A DNA stretch of 54,748 bases, filler included, from Sphacelaria rigidula (lineage: Eukaryota): the NCBI GenBank assembly GCA_964200075.2. It is 3 parts of 3 records of this genome, joined end to end, with 100 filler letters (N's around TTAATTAATTAA, not from the genome) between each part and the next. Parts side by side here need not be neighbours in the genome. Positions count along the whole stretch, not along the records: positions 36,572 to 54,748 come from CAXNAA020000900.1; 2 more parts are not named here. The stretch is one strand, 5' to 3'. Each line of letters starts with the position of its first letter. Positions within the stretch are counted from its first letter, which is position 1. This document shows positions 50,201 through 54,748 of this stretch, piece after piece. Below the pieces are notes generated by a model. The model saw only the letters and a list, made by a program, of their open reading frames with translations, had not been told where the DNA came from and ran no database searches. A program made the translations under genes and the position numbers.

Positions 50201-50834
50201 AGCTCATGTGAGTCAAGCTCGGCCGGGCTCGACGTACTGCCGGCGGAGGGTGTCGTGGAAGTCGGTACAGACGGCGAAGACATCGCCAAGGCTTCGCCGA
50301 AGCAGCCACGGCTACACCACCAGGCAGCTGAGTTACCGCAAACAAGGAAAGAGAACGGCGGTGAAATTGAGGCCACAGTAGCCGTCGCTTCGTCCGGGTC
50401 GGCGATGGAGACGGAAGCAGTCGGTTCCGTTTTTCCTGCCCATATTCCTGCTCCTGTTCCCGCTATCACCACCAAAGAGGGCAGTGGTGGCAGGTCTTTA
50501 TCCACTACGACAGCCGAAGCCACTGTGAGCGCCACCTTCCCTACCACGACGTCACCGGCCGGGTCTTACCAGCGTCGAGCGATCCCGTGGCCTCACGCGA
50601 AAAGCACAGCCGATTTTTTCAACAGGCCGCATGCGTCCGCAGTTCTGGGGGCGGGCTGGGGATGGCTAGAGTTCTGGGTCGCGATGGCTGGCGCTGTCGC
50701 CCTGCTGGCGAGCGTTGTGTGGGTGGCATCTGTTAATCGTGAAGAAGGCTTGGACACGCGTCCGAGCGAGGTCGGTGCAGGAACGACGGAAGGTGGTGGA
50801 CCGACGACACCGACAAAGAACGGAGACACGCACA
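47275..50834 (+). CDS. CLASP_N/TOG-like membrane protein, 3560-nt exon (end of TOG, disordered linker, TM1, acidic repeats, TM2)
   Basis: atag|G-PAEGGGMYHGLDRAIQRAI in phase 2 continues the previous exon and resembles the CLASP_N tail. Open frame of about 1186 codons. Hydrophobic segments at ~49112-49190 and ~50660-50735. Donor A|GTGAGT at 50835. Confidence 0.8.
49610..50290 (+). repeat. Coding tandem repeat, 252-bp (84-aa) unit, about 2.7 copies
   Basis: gtcgaga(t/c)gcc recurs at 49610, 49862 and 50114. Peptide unit VE.P.VT....E.SP.E...GV.VAA.E.SCES..A.L.V....GV.EVG. Confidence 0.9.
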
Positions 50835-51342
50835 GTGAGTTCAGCAGCAGCGGCGGCGGCGGCAGCATGCAGTTGTTTTGCGGTCGAGAGATCCGAGTCT
50901 ACCGTGTATTTTTTTTTCTGTGTCGGACTGCGGAGTTTGATTTTTTTTTTCGTTGCGTGGCCGCCACTCTGTGGCCTTGTCTCAAGGTTCTTGGCGTGAT
51001 TGAGCCGAGGAAACTTCCCTGTATTTTTTCCCCCTCGATTTTATTCTCCTCTTCGTACGGGCGGTCCTCCCTCCCCCCTCTCCACCATTATTTCGCATAA
51101 TATCGACAATGCTGTCCACACGTAGTCGTACTGAGGACGCATCATACTATCAACGTCGCCATAGAAACTTGTCGTTGTGTGCCACTCAACAATGGATGGT
51201 AACAGCGGGAAATAGATGCTTATGCGATGGAATGTAAACCCGCGCGCTTACACACAGACACACATCCAACCTTTGGAGCCCGGTTGTCGTCAGCTTCCCT
51301 CTCAGCTACCCCTTCGTGTGCGCGTTTGTGATGTTTCCAAAG

Positions 51343-51446
51343 ACTGGGAGCTCGGCACCTACACGACTGTCGAGGTCGTCAAGACGGGCAACACCCCGGC
51401 CACGGTACGCTCCGTCAAGCGCTCCCGCAGGATCAGCTCGGCCCAT
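51343..51446 (+). CDS. CLASP_N/TOG-like membrane protein, downstream exon (basic tail)
   Basis: ccaaag|(N)WELGTYTTVEVVKTGNTPATVRSVKRSRRISSAH|gtgagt. Phase 1 matches the donor at 50835. Confidence 0.6.
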
Positions 51447-51779
51447 GTGAGTATCTGCTGCCGTGTTCAGCACCTGGTTTTCGAGATGTGTTCGTATGAT
51501 TGTGTAGGTTTTGTGCGTCTGCCGCGGTTACGGCATAGCAGAAGTCCATGTACAACAGGACGCAAAGCTTGCGCATTCAGGAAACCGCAGCTTTGGGTAC
51601 TGTAACGTGGTGATACGAGATGTGTCGCGTCGAGAAGGATTAATCCTTTCACAGCTGGCGTGGATCATGTTGCATCGGCATCATGTTCTCTGGAAAATTG
51701 AACATGACACCTAGATTGCTCACCCTGGCGGTCAGGGAATCCGAGACGCCCCACAAGTTCGAGCCAGCGTCTCGTTCGC

Positions 51780-53470
51780 CTCATAGTATTTTATTTTCTT
51801 GTTCGTAAGTTTGTCCTTGACTCCGTTGCTCGATCTGTCCTACTCGAGTTTGTTTCAGCGAGTGCCTCCCTTGTCTCAGCTTGCGTTTGTTTATGTTTTG
51901 CTCATGTCTGGATTCGTGGGAAATCAGTTGATTAGAGACAACCAGTCTGTGAATCAGTCCACAAATGCCTTCAGATATTTTGGAGATGGGACGGGGTATG
52001 TCCATGCCTCGGGTGAGATGCGTACGACCTTCGACATGTGTCATAGTGAGTGCGCACGTTGTAACCGACCCCGTTGTCAGGATGGATGTGTACTTCGTTA
52101 CTTTGTTGATATCAACTCATGGTTCGGGTTTCTCAATTTAAACCGCCGCTGCTGAACCGCACCATTAAAGGTGTGCCTAGAGCATAGTGCAGATCTCGTG
52201 GTACCGGATACCGTGGCAGTTGTGGAAGTGCGAATGCTTGCATGATGGAAATACCAAATGCGTCGCGTGCAAACGGGATTATTACGCGTCACAAGTGCCC
52301 TGAAACCGTGTATTGGGATCAGGAAGGAGTACATGTGTTGTATGTGCCCTGGGTGAGACTTTTAAGTTTTTCTGGGGGAGGGGGGGTGTCATCATGATCA
52401 TGTTGAGGTTTTTGGGGAGGTAAGTACGTTCTGATCGTCTGGGTTGTCTATACCCAAGATGAAGATCCATTCTAGGTCATGATCTTGGACTGTGCGCACG
52501 TATTCACCACGTCCATCGACATGTCCTGTCCCCGTTACTTTCTCCCCGCGTCCTGCGTTTTCACCTGATTTTGTTGCGACTTTGATGTTAACAGAAATCC
52601 AGCGGAACAGGCACGGTTGTGATGGACCTTGGGGCAACGGCTACTACATTAGATCTGAACTGAGTGAACGTTCATGTGTTGTCTTGTCGTTTGATGACCG
52701 AGCGCTGTATTTCACTCTTGCTCATCTCCACGGTGAGAACGGAGGCTCGGAGGAGTGTAACGCCCGTGAGGGATGCTTGTAGTGTTTTTGTTATTTCTTT
52801 TGTCTACTGCAGTGTATAAACCGAGGGGATTGAGTTCATGTTCGTGGGTTAGAGTGTTCCATGGAATTACAGCATGTGGGTGAACAACATGGGGTCTCAC
52901 ATGCGCTTCCCCCCCCCCCCCCCCACACACACACATCCGACATCTGACTTCACCCTGATGTCACGAGAAGCTGCTTTGAGGCCAACCTTATTCAGCTATC
53001 TGGCACGAGTGCTCATTCTCTCACTGAGGGCTTTTGGGTTCACCAAGAGCGGTAACGATGTGTTATGCTCGAGCTTAGCCGGTCTTGCTTGCCACTATAT
53101 GCGTTCCCGCAGTCTCTCGCACGATGTTCGGGGCCGGGATCGAGACATGACGAAATGTCGCCATTGGTTTGTTTCGGTTGTCTAAAGTAATAATCTACCG
53201 AATCAACTTTGTCGAATTTTGTCTTCTGTTTCTTAGGGGGGCGGGGAGCGGAGAGTTATTCCTGAACAGTTGTTGATGATGTATGATGACGGCTTTGCGG
53301 TGGCACGTGCCATAAGCATGGACCAGCGTGTCGTGTTTGATGCAGACGAGAGCACACGACGGTCAATTTTCAGTGTAGCGATATATCTACATGATATGGT
53401 GCACACGTACTTCATGTTCATGAGGGAATCATTAGACACCAATCATCGGCCGGCTTGCCGTTTTCGCATG
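51780..53470 (-). mobile_element. Possible highly decayed non-LTR retrotransposon fragment
   Basis: Stop-riddled A-rich minus strand. HLVFPSCKH......IRYHEI resembles the 'H..S.C......RH' C-terminal motif of non-LTR ORF2. No RT core recognised. Confidence 0.25.
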
Positions 53471-54748
53471 ACCTAGGACCAGTCGTTTGTAAGTTGTTGT
53501 ATGTTGTACGTTTCATATCGTTTGTGCCACGTGGCCATGATTGACCAATTTTTTAGTCCCGAGATTACGATCGCCGTTCCTCGTTAGTTTCTACCGATTG
53601 ATCAACAAGCGAAAGGGGGGGGGGGAGCGAGGCGATCGTGTCATGGGAAGTGTAGTTTTATGGGGGACTTTCATAAGGGTAGTCTTGTTTTGACATGTTA
53701 TTCATCATGCTGGGAAGAGATCTCAACAGAGGTTTCAGCTGACACATTGATTTCGTATATTCGAGGGTATTGCGGAAATTTCGACATGCTTTGCCTATAC
53801 AACAAGGATTTACGTTTTAGATCTTGGACCCATGGGATGTGGTGTGTGCGGTGGTGTTTTGAGTCGTGACTAAACGTTGTTCCACCGAGTAAGAGTACAT
53901 TCTACTGACCGGTTTGGTTGTGTTTTGGCCGCAGATGGCCAAATCCACTTGTGGAAAACGGTAGACTACTGTGCCGTGTACTTCAGTGCGGTTTTGGGAG
54001 TTGTGTCGTGGTGTGTTGTGTGTGTTTCAGTCTTCCTTCACGGAATCATTTGTCATTTTTTTGGTGTTGTGAATGTGTATATATTGTTCGTAGATTTCGT
54101 CTTCGTTCTTGCGTTTACAAGTACTGTTTGTATGGCCACCTAGAGCACCCTGGGTATGTACACAGTCTCCTGTGCCATTTCCCCCCACATGGTAACCGCA
54201 CGGCCATCGGTGTTGGGCCCACGCACCCGTGCTCCACTTCGCATATTGTATTACTCGAGGGGACCGACGGGAACGTGAAGGGACGCAAAGGGGGAGGGGT
54301 GAGAGATGGCCTTGGGTGCCTTTTGTATGACCTGTGTTTAGGGTTGGGTGTTGGTCGGTTTCGTCACTACAAGTACATCAGACATTGGCCCACCCAATGG
54401 CTCGTTACATCACCAACATATTGAAATGAATTATCCATCAAGCGGCAGCGTAACCACGCGACGAGGGCAAAGTCCGCGCCAGAATGCCTTCCTCTGCTCG
54501 ATAGAGGCGACCGCCGAAGGCAAGAAAAACAGCTGTTGTGGTTAAATCTCCAAAAACTTGCGATGCCGTCGGAAGAGTCAACCGACTCGTCGGTGAAATC
54601 GAACAGTAAGAGACCCCCCAGGTCCGTGAGATTGGCCCCGGTCGGCGCTTCCACGGCGTCGAACTGAAGGGCAGGAGGAAGCATCCCAAACTGGCGGGGG
54701 TCGGCAAGCACAGATTTTTGCGCACGAATTTTGTTCAGCGGCCAATCT

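Noticed and set aside
47243..51100. 1285-aa ORF as a single-exon gene
   Set aside because: Its first and last residues are intronic read-through. Phase-matched splice sites at 47274 and 50835 link it to flanking exons.
54367..54748. hAT dimerisation domain, tyrosine recombinase end, or last CLASP exon
   Set aside because: Diagnostic motifs (ERxFS, HSxR/GRW) are absent and no phase-supported splice site could be established.

Overview
Eukaryotic, intron-rich, repeat-dense DNA. It is most likely from a brown alga (Phaeophyceae), inferred from multi-kb GT-AG introns, signal+transit plastid leaders and (CAA)n-tailed and tRNA-headed repeats. The window is not continuous: two identical 100-nt spacers (44N-TTAATTAATTAA-44N) join three contigs of near-equal, descending length (18,193, 18,178 and 18,177 bp). 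Contig 1 holds a ZNHIT2-like zf-HIT gene (- strand) whose zinc finger is split by a 14,079-bp transposon-packed intron. It is head-to-head with a probably plastid-targeted SAP-domain/RsmG(GidB) fusion gene that is truncated by the gap. Contig 2 holds a complete 4-exon VTI1-type Qb-SNARE gene (222 aa), nested SINE, Harbinger-like and piggyBac-like MITEs, a long intronic fold-back and a decayed Ty3/Gypsy integrase-chromodomain. Contig 3 holds one exon of a CysQ/inositol-monophosphatase-family gene (-) and a multi-exon gene. That gene encodes a CLASP_N/TOG-like HEAT domain joined to two predicted transmembrane helices that flank an acidic 84-aa repeat region, the most unusual protein architecture here. 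No CRISPR array, rRNA or true tRNA gene was seen.
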